Source: Takakia lepidozioides
Taxonomy: Eukaryota; Plantae; Bryophyta
Direction: 5' to 3'
DNA length: 64,000 bases
Assembly (NCBI GenBank): GCA_030704615.1
Contig: CM060734.1
Location: 63,823,426-63,887,425 of the forward strand
The notes under the pieces were generated by a model, which saw only the letters and a program-made list of their open reading frames with translations, was not told the DNA's origin and searched no databases. Shown here piece by piece: positions 1-17,792 of this stretch. Position 1 is the stretch's first letter. Each line of letters starts with the position of its first letter. A program made the translations under genes and the position numbers.

Positions 1-72
1 GCTTCACCTCATCACATCTTTCCATTTTCCACATGCACACATGTATACACTCAAGCAAAAGACGGTGGGAAC

Positions 73-5116
<5,044 letters not shown>

Positions 5117-5217
5117 GAGCCCCTGATCGTTCCCACTGAGACTCTCAGTCCCTGATCTCGGGAGGAGATCTGCAGATGGCAATGCCATGTACACGCTGCC
5201 TGTGCGAGACGAGTGTG

Positions 5218-5229
5218 TTTGGCGGGAAT
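5218..5229. promoter_or_regulatory. E2F-binding site upstream of the MCM3 start codon
   Basis: TTTGGCGGGAAT (ATTCCCGCCAAA on the gene strand) lies ~100 bp upstream of the ATG at 5116. It matches the E2F consensus typical of MCM promoters. Confidence 0.7.
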
Positions 5230-5550
5230 CCGATGTTGGCTCCAAAACACCCGATTGGCTCATGTATATGCCACGTCACCAGTTTGTTTTGAAGTTGAAT
5301 CCCCTCTTCACCAGAGCAACTCCACCGTCCCCTCCCCCATCAAACTACCATGCACATCTCTTTTCGGCTGACGTGCCTTGCTCGGGAAGGACCACCTAGA
5401 CAACACGTGTCCCAGGTATTTATCAGGCCTCTCATTTTTTAATAATTGGGTCTTGAATGCACCTATGGGCCCCGCCAGAACGGCCCATGGGGTGAGCTCG
5501 TGAACCCACCCCCCTTTCACTTGGTCTAGATTCTCGATTTTTTCTAAGTC

Positions 5551-6020
5551 CTAGTTCTTTAACGGTGGCGGACCTTCTAGCGGACTCGCCAAACCCAGAC
5601 TGACTCCAACTGGCGAGCGGACTGACCGGCAGATTGGCGATTAGCGAGCGGATTGATTTAGTCCGACAGATTGGCGAGCGGACTCACCGGCAGACTGACG
5701 ATTGACGAGCGGACTGACTGGCGACGGACTCCAACTGACGAGCACCTAACTCCAACCTTCAGACCCTCCTCAAACAAAATATATATTTATAATTAACACA
5801 CATTACCACCACAATGTCACCTGCCAAGATTTGAACAACAAACCTCACGATCGTCACAAGTTGCTCTTTACCATCACACTAGCTGCTGCTAGAAAGCAAA
5901 CCCTTGAAATAATTATTTATTTATCTACATATCTTCAGGTGTTTTGTGGGCCCAACAGACTCGCTCCCCTTCTCGCTTCCCCTACGCGCGCCCTGGGGCT
6001 CACCCGAGCGGACTGACCCC
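5551..6020. repeat. Cluster of GAGCGGACTGAC-like motifs, possibly the subterminal array of a truncated DNA transposon
   Basis: Imperfect GCGAGCGGACTGAC(C/T)GGC copies at 5580-5745 and again near 6006. No matching second terminus found. Confidence 0.4.
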
Positions 6021-7375
6021 GCCAGATAGGGTTGCCCCACCCTGCGCGACCCCCTATGCCACCCGCGGCCCCGCCACAACCACACGTGCCCGCATTCAAG
6101 TCCCAATTATCAAACAATGAGAAGCTTTATCATGACCCTTAGTGGTAGTTGTAAAATAAAAATAAAAAACTTCTATATTTCACAGCCTATATTAATTTAA
6201 AATTTAAACCACGATTTATTGGTGCCCATATTTATTTGTAGTTTTTTTTTATAAATTTATCTGTCAATAATATATTGTACTCTATATTTTCTTGCACGTA
6301 GTATTGGAATATTTGGAAGTAGCCTTCCCTAGCTCACATACCTGTTTTTCACATGAAAAGCAATGAAATATTATGTGGTGAAGGGCTAAATTCCAGGAAT
6401 ATTCTTTGTATTATGCTCTGTTCATGCTCATATGTGCTCATGTTCATGCTCACCGCTCATGCAACATACACACCTGCTACTACCTCAAAAAGAATGGAGA
6501 AAGAAAATAATGGCCAGCCGCAGCGAACAGTCAGATTGACGCTTCCCACCAGCAACTCATTTCCCAAAATCATCATAGGAATAGCGTGCAATTCCAGCTT
6601 TGCTAATGCTTCTCCAAATCTGCTCATTCCCACAAGTGGATCTCAAGGGCTGCTCTGCACTGGACGTTATGGAAGCACAAAAGGCTTCTTGTGTTACCCC
6701 CTCTCTTATTCAGAAAAAGTAAGCCCCAACTATTCTAATTACATCAGATGATTTTGAATGTGTAGAGTCCATATGGATTACTACTGCCGACATCAAACAT
6801 TTGTGCAATCAACCCCCCCAACAGCAGCCCAGAGATCTTATTCAAAATTCAAAATTCAGGAATATTTCCAGAAATTGCAGCCTCACTATTCACTATCACC
6901 ATTTACAAAAAATCTCATGGGGAGCGTACCTGGAATATCACCCTAGACTAAGTGTCAAGCCTTCAACTCAAATTCTGGCTTTTGTGAAGGATGCAGAAAT
7001 CTACTCTACGCCTCCACCTATGGAGGCAATCTGGACTACGAAGAATGGTTGTTTGCTCCGGGTGGGGAGTCACAGTTGGAAATCCGCAATCAAGACACGT
7101 TGGTGAGTGAATTTCAGCTTCTGGGGGCCCACCTAGATTCTGAAATTGATCATGACAACTATAGATTGGAAATACAAACAAGTCGAAATAACGTGCATTA
7201 ATCAAGTTGATTACGAATTGTATTCATTTGCATCTCCAAGCTTTTAGGAAAAGCTCAACTCCACCATCCACAACAACAGAATTAGGACACCGTTCTTGCA
7301 CTATCACCAGGGAGAGTACAACATCCCCCTGTGCACATTATATACTCCAGTCAAGTGCAATTTAAAGCTAACTTC

Positions 7376-7448
7376 TATAGGGCCCACCTCCGAACAGGGG
7401 GGGCACTAGACGTAAGGCGAAGTGGCTAGTTACGCCGGTTTCGGCAGG

Positions 7449-7484
<36 letters not shown>
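7376..7484 (+). mobile_element. 5'-truncated non-LTR retroposon 3' end with a (CT)n tail
   Basis: 109-bp insert ending in about 16 CT repeats, flanked by an exact 11-bp direct repeat AAGCTAACTTC (7365-7375, 7485-7495). Confidence 0.75.
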
Positions 7485-7485
<1 letters not shown>

Positions 7486-7669
7486 AGCTAACTTCCCACC
7501 TATAATCTCATTAACATTATCACAATTACCATTATAAAAAAAATTAGATATACTAACGGTATGTTAATAATAGAGAACTCAATGCATGCGTACAACCTCT
7601 CTGACAGGATGGTACACCAGTTGGCATGTCGAATCCTCCCCACCCTCTCTTGAGAGTGACATGGAACTG

Positions 7670-7915
7670 AAAGAGTGTAAATTCCAGTCGGTTACACAAT
7701 AGGAAGTGTAACTCTACTTGGGGTTACACTAAGTTACATGACAGGGTGTGTAACTCCACTCGGTGTAACTTACAGTTCATCTCAAGATTTGACTCTGTCC
7801 AAATTTGACTAAGTATAAAATAGACTAGGAAGAGTTACATGAGAGACTGGGGTTACAGAGGGTTACACCGATTGGGATAGGAGTTACCTGGGCTACACTG
7901 CAAGAGGGTTACACC
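7670..7915. repeat. Cluster of GGTTACAC/GTGTAACT motifs in both orientations (probable MITE remnant)
   Basis: About a dozen GTTACA/TGTAAC motifs; no clear TIR or TSD. Confidence 0.35.
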
Positions 7916-8262
7916 TATTTGGGTATAGGTATCCGGGTCCCACTACCATACTCTCCCATCAAGAATCAAACCCAGAATCTGCCGCCTACATTGCAATCAC
8001 CATACCAATACGCTGAAGCAAAAACAGCTCTCGTTGCTTAAGGGTTAAGGATTATTTCTTAAGGACTATTTCCAGAGGTAAAGATCATTCTCCAATAAAG
8101 GAAATGAAGCATGATACGTCATGGAAACAGTAGGATTTCAACTGTTGGCACCAATGTCATTGTGGTCAAATAAGAAACGGGGGAATGTACACAGGATCCA
8201 CCTTTCCACAATAACAATTTTTTACCAGCAAACCCCACAAGAACAAACCCCATCTTCAAAGT

Positions 8263-9110
8263 CACTACAACAGATCGTGGTTGTTATGACTGCCACACCG
8301 TGGTAGTCATGGTTTTCAATGACTTTGACCATGACTGCACCATGTTTTTATATGAAATTGACCTCCCGCAGTTGTTCATACGACTATAGTCATATGAACG
8401 ACTATCTAAGTAGTCGTCTGTATGACTACATGGCTCCGGAATGGGCGGAAGGCTGGTCAACGGCAATTGACCAGATTTAGCTCATCATTCATAGTCATTT
8501 CCATGACTACAGTGTACATGGATGAGGTTACATAGTCATGATGACTACTAGGGATTTTGTAATTTGGTGTGTATAATACAATTAAAACACTATATGATCC
8601 TAAGAATGACTGATGGATGTATTGGTTAACAGGTAGTGAACTATAATTCTTATAGTAAAGAGGTTGTAGGTTCAAACTCCTCTAAGTACAATCAAATGGA
8701 TAAGATGCCCTAGAGTTAGTAGGCGAGCTAGGGATAGTGCGTATTATCCTAGATGGACTACCACGTGGTTTTTTTCACTATTATAAAATGCATTATGCCA
8801 CGTGGCACAATGCGGTGCGACGCGGCGTCTGACATATGTTTTTATTTTTTAGTTTTTTTAATTTAATTTAATTTTTTTAATCAATTGCGCCTCGCCACGT
8901 GGCGCGGCTGCGGCGGCTGCAGTATGGTATATATGACTGCAGTGAGAGATATCACTTGGTACATCTGACTGTAGTCATCCGGACCGTACCATCCTGTACT
9001 CATTGTATTCACTTGGTTTGCACGACTTACAGTCATAGAAGTCATATGTACCGTTTATGACTGCAGAATAGTCATATATACAGTCATAAATACCGCGATC
9101 TGTTGTAGTG
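8263..9110. mobile_element. Non-autonomous CACTA (En/Spm) element, 848 bp
   Basis: TIRs CACTACAACAGATCGTGG / CCGCGATCTGTTGTAGTG, 3-bp TSD AGT (8260-8262, 9111-9113), and many ATGACT/AGTCAT subterminal repeats. Confidence 0.93.
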
Positions 9111-9344
9111 AGTGATGAAAGCGGTTGGTTTCCTGTACAACAATTGCTCGGCCAAAAATCTGAGATGAATTTGGTGGAGATGTGGCAGTCACCACACCCA
9201 AAGATTGTTGATGAGACAGAGAGGCGTCCTAGGGGTCGTGCTGATGAGCCCAAAACCAATGGCCAGCTTCTCACTGTGGTGACAAAAAAAAAATTCATTT
9301 TACTCCACGTAATACAAAGTGTGTAAGGCACATACCCTGCCTCC

Positions 9345-10450
9345 ACCTACCAGTTGCATTATAGATGTTTGATAGCAACGCATAAGTCACAACATCTTGG
9401 CCATCCACTTAGAATAGATGTTGCCACAGGTTCAGCCATCTCCACATTGCCATGGCTTCTGCAGGCACCAAGCAAGGCCATCCACACCACAACATCTGGT
9501 TCCATTGGCATTTTAGTATTGAGGTCCTCTGCTTCATCCAATTGCTCGCACGTCCAAGAAGTCCACCATGCAGCCAAAGTGCTTTACCGTCGGAGTCACA
9601 CCGTAATCTGGACTCAGGGAATCAAAGTAACATCTTCCTTCATCCAGTAGGCCAACATGGCTACATGCAGAGAGAAACATAGAGAATAGTTGCAGGACCT
9701 CCCTATGACAACCATGCTGGGCATATCCTACGATCATCGCCCTCCACGACAGTATACCTCATTCAGCCATATTGTCAGATACTTCATTGCATCCTCAATG
9801 CTGACATTTGGCATACATGTCCACCTGGGCAGTGTCCAGAATGACATCTGGTACAATTCTGGCTTTGATGATGTCACCATGGACCTCTTTGCCATTTTCC
9901 TGGCATGCCAGGCTTGCACAAGCACACCACAAGCATTGGGGTCAGAAAAGTATTCACTCCACAGCTTCTCCTCATCTTTGTTACCTGTTTCTGGATTCTT
10001 TCCTATTGTCACATTGGCACATTTGGCATACATGTCCACGAGGGTATTGCTCACAATCACATCTGGTACAATTCCAGCTTTGGCGATGGACCATGCACCT
10101 CTTTGCCCTTCTCCAGGGTTGTCAGACTTGCACACGCAAACGCATATAAACGTTAAATGTGGTTGGGCATCACCCCTTCCCCGATCATTTGCTCATAGGT
10201 CTCCAAAGCCTCCATCTAGCACCCCTGCCGCGCATACCCTTCAAGCATTGCGTTCATTAACACCACATCTCGCTCAGCCATACCATTGAACACTTCTTTC
10301 ATACATGTCCACGAGGGTATTGTTTAGAATGACATGTGGTACAATTGCAGTTCTGACAATGTCGCCATGGAGCTCTTTGCCCTTCTACAGAGCTGCCAGG
10401 CTTGTACATGCATTGCAAACTATCGGTTCACTCAACCAGTAACTTGCAGA
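9345..10450 (-). pseudogene. PLS-class PPR pseudogene with E domain (left part of the interrupted locus)
   Basis: Fragments LVDMYAKC, MIVGYAQHG, LSACSHVGLLDEG, KHFGCMVD and VVVWMALLGACRSHGNVEMAE in shifting frames. Contains a non-PPR block KLWSEYFSDPN. Confidence 0.88.
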
Positions 10451-10802
10451 TGTCAAGTTTTTTTACCACTAGTGTGAAACTAGCTAGGAAATAGCTAGCT
10501 TTTACATATTGACGTTTGGGATTGGCCCAAGTGTCAATCCGGGGGTCAAGGCAGATTTAGGCCCTGGAGTGGTTATCTTCACCGCAAGCGCGGGAGGCTC
10601 ATCTTTCTCGAGTTGAGGCTCATCTTTCTCGAGTTGAGCCTCACCGCGCCTAGCTATGGCGCCGTAGTGTGGATTCCCCATGGCGTGGGGTGCACTTGGC
10701 TTGATTTGTATTTGAGTGATGAGGGTATATATGCATGAGTTTATGCTTCAGCTTTGTGAGCTCTCATGAGCTTGTGCTTGTATGTCTTCTTCTTCTTTAT
10801 CA
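10451..10802 (+). repeat. Terminal repeat A1 (downstream half of the LTR)
   Basis: Near-identical to 62450-62780 apart from a 21-bp tandem duplication near 10594-10635; runs TGTCAAG...TTTATCA. Confidence 0.93.
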
Positions 10803-10803
10803 T

Positions 10804-10818
10804 TCGAGAAAGATGAGC
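10804..10818 (+). other. Putative self-priming primer-binding site
   Basis: TCGAGAAAGATGAGC, 1 nt after the A1 end, is the exact reverse complement of GCTCATCTTTCTCGA inside A (10597-10611, 10618-10632, 62596-62610). No TGG tRNA-type PBS is present. Confidence 0.75.
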
Positions 10819-11509
10819 TCGAGTCTGTGAGTGCCAGGTCCGAGTTAGTTGTAGCACTTGTGGTTTTTGCTTGAGAATGAGAGAAACCAGGTTGTTATTC
10901 AAGGAGCACCGTGGAGCTCTTGGTTGTTAGAAGCGGAGGCGATGTGGGTTACGAGGTGGTAGATCTTGGCATTCGATCTTCAGCTTCAGAGATGAAAGCA
11001 CCATGCTGCAGGTAATTCCAGAGCACTTTGATGGTTTCAGATTGTGTACATGCATGAGCAAGCACGATTGGGAAGAGGACCAGTCAAGAGCAGGTTAGAG
11101 TGGCTTTGGTGGCAAAGCTGAGAACTGGACTTGGGAATGCGAACTTTCATTGTGTGAAGGATTGTAAGACCAAGCGAAAGGGCTGATTTGGCTTGGGGCA
11201 AATCAGTGCACTTTGTGGAGTATGTGGAGATTGGGTTTCAATCTCGAGCTTCAGCATTGAGAGGGCTCTTGTCATGGCAAGAGCAGGGCTGGAACAAGAG
11301 CTAAGAGGTGCAGCAAGGCCATGGAATGTGCACCTAGGGTTTCAGAGCTTGGAAGAAGAGCTTTTGCACCACAAGAGGAGTGTCTTGTGGCTGGAAATAT
11401 AAGCCTTAGGGTTTCAGGAGCTTGGCAAGGGCTGTGGAGTGCTTAGTCTTGTCTTAGAGAGCATCAAGGAGCCAAGGAGCCAAGATAGGGGGCTGATACC
11501 TCTTGTGTG

Positions 11510-11854
11510 AAGAGGTTGCATGTGTGGAGCATATATTCAGCTCATTGAAGCTGCCATCTTCAAGCTTGGAGGGCAAGCAAGGAAGAGGGAAGGGCTAACT
11601 TCCCTTATGTGAGGGCAATGCATGTGTGGAGCATGCTAGCAGCCTGGTGAAGGCTTGTACGTTCAGGTGTGGTGTGCAAGAAAGGAAGGAAGGGGCTGGT
11701 TTCTCTGTAAGGCATGTGTGGAGCATGCTTTCAGCCTGCTGCAGCTTGTATTTTCAGGTTTGTGGGTGCAAGAAAGGAAGCAAAAGGGCTGATTCTCTTG
11801 TGGTGAGAGTGGGGCATGTGTGGAGCATGCCTTCAGTCCATTGGGCTTTGTTTT
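11510..11854 (+). repeat. Degenerate ~100-bp tandem repeat in the outer element's 5' UTR, interrupted by the CACTA element
   Basis: GCATGTGTGGAGCAT occurs near 11518, 11619, 11712 and 11814; the unit resumes at 25288 (CAAGCTT...GGAAGGGCTAGGGCTGGTTTC). Confidence 0.75.
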
Positions 11855-12824
11855 CACTAGTACAGAAACTGGTTTTTTTAACGGCTCTTCTCACACATTT
11901 TGGTGTGAAAAAAGCGCAAGTTCACACCCCCCCTTGGTGTTAGGTTAACCTAGTCCTTTGCACCACATGTGAACTTTCTTGGTCCTGTGAAAAAAACCAT
12001 CTCACACCAAACTTGCACCTGATGTGGCAGTAGGCTTAGGTGGCTCTTTTGACGGATATTTTGACGGTCGTTTTGACTGGTTAGTTCAACTACTATTTTG
12101 ACTAAGTAATCTTAATGGTCTTTCTACGGTACTTATTACACCTCGGCGCCACCATGTTTGCCACATGTATGTCAAAGGGAATGCCACGTAATAGAGTCCA
12201 TCAGAATTATTAAATAAATAATAGATATTAAGGGCTCTTCTTACGGACTCTCTCACACAGATTTAACACCAGGTTCAAGTCATGGTGTGATCGCAATGAC
12301 ACTAGTGTGAATACTGTCACATCCACTGTTTTGTTCCTATTGGATGAAAAGTAAACAATTATTATTTGTTGACAAATGCCAAAATGAATAGTCATATTAT
12401 TATTATTATTATTATTCTTATAATAAATGGGATAGCACCCCAAAAGCCATTGGCTGCTTGATTTAATATGTAATATATTATTGTTTTAGAATTTTGATTT
12501 GTTTTGTTTCATTTAAACAAAAGCTTATTTAAAACATGGATAATAATTGTATTATGAACCACATTGACCAGTAGTAATGTTATTAATATTAAATATAGCA
12601 AACAACCAGCAAAATACCACATTCATGTCTACACAAGTTTAATTTGGCTTGATGTGGGAAAATGAAGTTGTCTTTGAACAAGGGGATCTTGTGATCATAC
12701 ATGAGAATAGCAAGAGCATCAATTCAAAAAATACTGTTCATGTCAGAAGAGCAGTTTTGTTCACCTGTCTCAGCAACCTTCAATCCATAAAGAAAACTAA
12801 ACTAAACTTGTAGCATCTTCAATA

Positions 12825-15800
12825 TCACGCGTGTTTAATAAACTTTTCAGACCATAAGGTGGCACCTCCCTGCGTGTCACCCAATGTGGTATGATTAGGG
12901 GTAACAGAGTAGTCCGGGTACGGCAACACAACCTCTGAAATCATGACCGATTTCACATGGATACGGTAATAGTTGTCTGGCACATTTGCTTTCGGAAATC
13001 CAGCAATATATCCCACACCTGCCCTTCTTTTTGGTGCACAAGGATCAAACAATAACACCTTGTCGCCGATCTGAAACTGCAACAAAAACCAGATTCCTAT
13101 ATCAGAAATGAACCCTGGAGAACAGAGACTGACAGCTTGGCACTCCTGCAAAATGCATCCTCGTTCTTCCAGCAAACACCCTAACCCTACCTATTGCAGT
13201 ACTTCCAATTCTGAATTGCATTTGCCTGTCTCTATACTCCATGCTGACATGATCAAAGGTGGAACGGTGCCATACCTAGTTGATAGCAGGTTCTTCATGG
13301 TCAACATGGATGTGGTAGGACGATGTCACAAAACTACCTTTGTAGGTTGTCAATCCTGCAGCTACACAGCGATACATAGGGGGTGTATTGATCCAGCATC
13401 AGACAAGGAAACAAAAGAGGACAAATGAAGTACTTACACTGTGCGGATTTTGTTGGTCACCCCATGGTTCAGTTACATCCACTGTGGTTGTAGTCTGATT
13501 GATAGCACATATTGTGCTTTCCCTGCCCATTGAACGCTTCACTGGTTTCACCATCTGCATATTGAATGACACATGATCAAAAAATGAGAATAGCACGAAT
13601 GACACACATTGTGAAGTAACATTAACAATACAAATCCACCCACGCGCCCAAGCATTGAATCTTTTGCTCTCACCTTTCTTTGATTATGCTTTGTTGTTGC
13701 ATCAGGAGGCAAAGTCGTTGGAACTCTGGCAGCATGAAGTCCTGGTTCGGATGCCTTTGCAGATTGTTGTGATCCACTACCCATGGCTGCAGTATTGAAC
13801 AAGTAGTTGGGCTGCCCATATCTGTATGGGTGCCCTGACACATACTCAGGGATGTGTGCAGCCTTGGATACACCCTATAACCAAGGCAGTAATTCTTTCA
13901 TAAGCCTCTTGCAGTTTGGCTGATCCCTCAACTTCCATGGATACGGGAAGATGCAATTATTTGCAGGGTTGGGTAAGCAAGTGAGTGGGGAATCGTCCAC
14001 CAGCAAAGTATTGGTTGGATTGTAATGGTTGTAGTCCTTCCAAAACTTACATAAGTTCTTGTACATGACAGTTTTAGAAGGATTGAGAGGGTCCACCATT
14101 CCCACAGGTTGGTCACAATAGTCTTGGTGAAGCACCATCTTTGGTTGCTTCCCAGGAAACAATGCTTTCACAACTGGAAGGACATTACTCAATGACATGG
14201 AAGACCATACACCTACATCAAAAATCTGAAGGCATCGGTCCAGAAACTCCTGACACCCAGGTCTGGAGGTGACAGTGGGCTCTAGGTGTTCCCTTGTTCG
14301 TAGTCTGCTCTCACATAACAATCCATTCAAGTCGAGTATAAGGATGTGTTTCTGCCTCTCAGTTGCCGAAGGGCAATTACCAACAACTTGTACATGATTA
14401 TCATGTACAAAAGACACACCTTTCTGTGGGGCACTTTGCAAATTCATGGAGACCTCACAGGCATATTGAGAGGGTAGTACATATGCCGGAAGTGCTACTG
14501 GTGTAGGGGACAACAAAACGGATGAACACTTTGCAGTTGCCTCAACAATATGGGGGGATGGATTGAGTTCACCTTCAGACCAACCCTCCATGTCATCATC
14601 CCCCTCCATTTCTGAAAGCCCAAACAATGAGCCTATTGTGTTTGGCTTTGGTGGCGGTGAAGAAATTGCCTTGAACAGGTTGAGTGGTGAGCCCATAACA
14701 TGAGTGTTGTGTGGCGCAAAGGTGGTGCATGGTGGACCTGTAGGTTCCGAATCTGGCACATTCATGCCAAGTTTAGCTGCGAGCGCAATGTTGAATGCAG
14801 CTGCTGCCTCCAGTTGGCCTTGGACTGCTTCCAAAGCTGCCTTGGAGCTGGCTTCCATCTACACTTGTTTGTTTTCCATAGCATCGAGGCGAGCTGCTAG
14901 TGAACCAATTCCCTGCCCCATCACATAGAACACCTCCAAAGTAACAATTCACTACACTGACTGATGAACTAGTAAGAAAACAGAACCAAACGGCAACTAG
15001 CAATGGCATGGAAATCACGAATATGTAATTCACACCAGAATTGGTACTGAGTTTATATACCGTTGTGGCTGCACTGCCTGTACACCCCGAGCCGTAGCCT
15101 TTGTCACTCCTGGCGCTACCGGCGATCTCCTGCAAACTTGGTGTACGTCCAGTCTCCTTCTCCTGTGATTGCAACAAACTTGCAAGTGTTAATGACTAGC
15201 ATAGCACACTGCCAACAGTAAAGAATTATCTAGGATAGCGTCAATGACTCCCCCTCAATAAGAGTGCTTAGTTTCTTGCTGGCGCCCAACTCTGAGAAGG
15301 CCCCCAAGTAGTAGCAATGTGTACTAATTCAATGGTGATAGGAATAGACTCTGAGCTCCAGCCAAAAAAACCCAACACATAAAGTTTGTCAATGCAAAAC
15401 AATGTGGGAACTTCCTATGTTGTAAGAGAAGTACACCAGTCGTGCTACAACACCGCTGATTCCACTACGACCTGATCGAGATGTATTCTTCACACATCCC
15501 CGCGCCTTGACACCATTTGCCTGAAATTTCTTGAAATCAATGGAACCCCAACTAACAACTAGTTGTGCCCATGTCTTGTCTGGCACATGATGGGGTTTGG
15601 GCAGCCCCACACTATAGTAATTTTTGAACAGCTTATTTCGTTGGTACTTGAGCTGCCCGCAAATTGTTTTTGTAATAGCCTTTATGTTAAGACCAGGTGG
15701 TCCGTATTCCCAATCTGAAGCCAGGATCTCCATGATCTTTTCAATTAAGTGTAATGGTTGATCCTGAGCATACAATGACCAGTCCAACAAACGTTGACAC

Positions 15801-16525
15801 TGCCCTCGCAGAGCTGTCATCCACTGGTTCCGAGCAGGACCTTCAGGGTTTCCAAGTTCATCACAAGAAATGAAAAATTTCCTCCTCCCTACAGCCACAT
15901 TCTGAGCAGCCTGGTCTCTCAGATCTTTTGCAAGTGCCCTTCTTTCCCTCCTTAAAGCATTTTTGCGTTCTATAGGAGTCACACCTGATGTCCCCCTAGG
16001 ACTAAGGCTGGAATCCTGCAAGGTTTCAGCAGTACCATGCATGTTACCACCTTCACTCTGTTGGGGCTGGACTGCTGTCTCCCACCCCACAGGATGATGC
16101 GGAGCAAATGCATCCTCGGTCTATTTCAGAATGCCTTTCCCTTTCAGGGTATTAGGTGTACCTGGAGATGTTGGATAAAGAGGTGGCCGCGGTGCAGTGA
16201 AGCTCGAAGGTGCCGGCAGTTGTACTCCACTGTAGTTGGATCCTGAAGGTTGGTGGCCACCATACTGGACCTGCCCCTGGTGTGGTCTTGCAGGGCTGGT
16301 AGGATAGAGGGAGGAAGTAGGTTGGTTGTACATAGGCCGAGGAGGATACATACTATGGGGATGCATTCCATAATGGTGGTAAATGGAATACCCACCTTGA
16401 CTAGGATCATGCATTGGAGCGCCTGCAGGTGGAGCAAAAGAATTGTAATTCTGGCACTGAGAATCATTGTTTGGAGGTTGATAGTGAGGATACGGCATGT
16501 GCCCATGCAGATTATACCCTGACAT
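12825..16525 (-). CDS. CACTA second ORF (TnpA-like, multi-exon) with an FCP1/SCP/NIF-type HAD phosphatase domain; probably disrupted
   Basis: Pro/Tyr-rich N-terminus; TnpA-like block (VPDKTWAQLVVSW...SRSGRSG, 15437-16090). NIF domain at ~13880-14350: LILDLNGLL, RPGCQEFL, VGVWSS, KNL, NTLLVDDSP, NPANNCI. Exon structure is inferred. Confidence 0.7.
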
Positions 16526-16529
16526 GGTA

Positions 16530-17792
16530 TACCTGAATATTAGGAAGGAAGAACTCACCCTGCTAGATGAATCTGACGTGGAGGCTGAAGTGTCTAAGGC
16601 CATGTCAAAAGCATGAAGAATGTCCGAACAAAACAATGTTAGGCATAAACTTCCCTGAACTCGTTTCCAGTTTGTGACATGGGTGAGGACTTTGAGGATG
16701 ATCTGAAGGGTAGACCTACCCTTGGCACTAGACTGAAAATTTAACCTCCGGATGGGGAGTCTACCTTTGAACAATAAACAGATGCAGAGAGGAAAGGGAG
16801 ATTGTCGATGCTCACTGGTGTGGGTGGCCTGAAGACAATGTCCATTTTGTGATACAAGTCTGGGGTATTCTCATCAGAGAGCGACCCTCTTCAGGACCAT
16901 CAAGAACATAGTCCCTGCACCTCTGTTCACCAACTATCAATATCTCAAGGCTGAGTCTAAAGCGGTGGGCCCTGTTGGGGTCTCATTGCTTGGTAGCCCA
17001 CATACAACAAAACTGATGAACGTGTGAAGGGCTTTCTAAAAGGAATCTGGAAAGCCTGAACTAATGTTTATAACACGGTAAGTCCTACTAATGGAGTGAG
17101 CCCCTCATTCTAATGGCAGACAGTTAATTAATTGTCTAGAAGATCTTCAGCTTTTCACCTTGAATATCAGGACAAGAGGTGACCAAGTGCAGTGGACTCG
17201 TGAGAAATCCCAAACTGGGGAACGCTCCATTGTGGATTATATCATAATGGACAAAAATTTGTTCCCCCAGTGTGCGAATGTGTTGATCGACAGAACTGAT
17301 ATTGCTACCTCTGACCAGTTCCTGGTTTGGAATGAGATCAAAAGGTGTTTTCCCAACACCAAGAGATATGTGAAACATTCGATTCGGAAGTGGCGCATAG
17401 AAAAACTTCATAATGAGGAGGTCAAGGTTGAGTATGTCCAGGCCTTGCAAGAGGCTCTCCCTCTCGATGCAATCGCTCCAAGAACTTCAGTCTCGCTCTG
17501 ATAACGCAAGAAATGAAGTCGAAAGAGCAGGGGACTCTTGGGAGAGTTTCGTTTCCTCCGTGGTTGACAAGATCATTGGGATGAAACTAATTGTCTGTGC
17601 TAGAGCTGTTAATTGGTGGACCAATGAGATTAAACTCAAGATAGCTGAGAGACGAGCCCTCTATAAAGAGTGCTGCAATTTGGAAACCAACAGAGAATTG
17701 TGGGCGAGGTACTACCAGCTCCGTAAAGATATCAATCAGCTTGTTAGGTCTCAGAACCCTAAATTATACTGGGACAAGTTATATAGTGTTTG
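16530..17792 (+). mobile_element. Rearranged LINE fragments (RT C-terminus, then endonuclease segment)
   Basis: 17110-17790 encodes SNGRQLINCLEDLQL...SIVDYII (APE-like endonuclease) and VNWWTNEIK. 16540-16800 matches the LINE C-terminal block at 52470-52740. Confidence 0.75.

Noticed and set aside
6350-7330. Short ORFs that might be a degraded gene
   Set aside because: No recognisable motif or consistent reading frame.
8263-9110. Deletion derivative of the large CACTA element in this window
   Set aside because: The TIRs diverge after CACTA and the subterminal motifs differ, indicating a different family.
12395-12416. (TAT)n microsatellite
   Set aside because: Ordinary simple repeat in AT-rich CACTA sequence.
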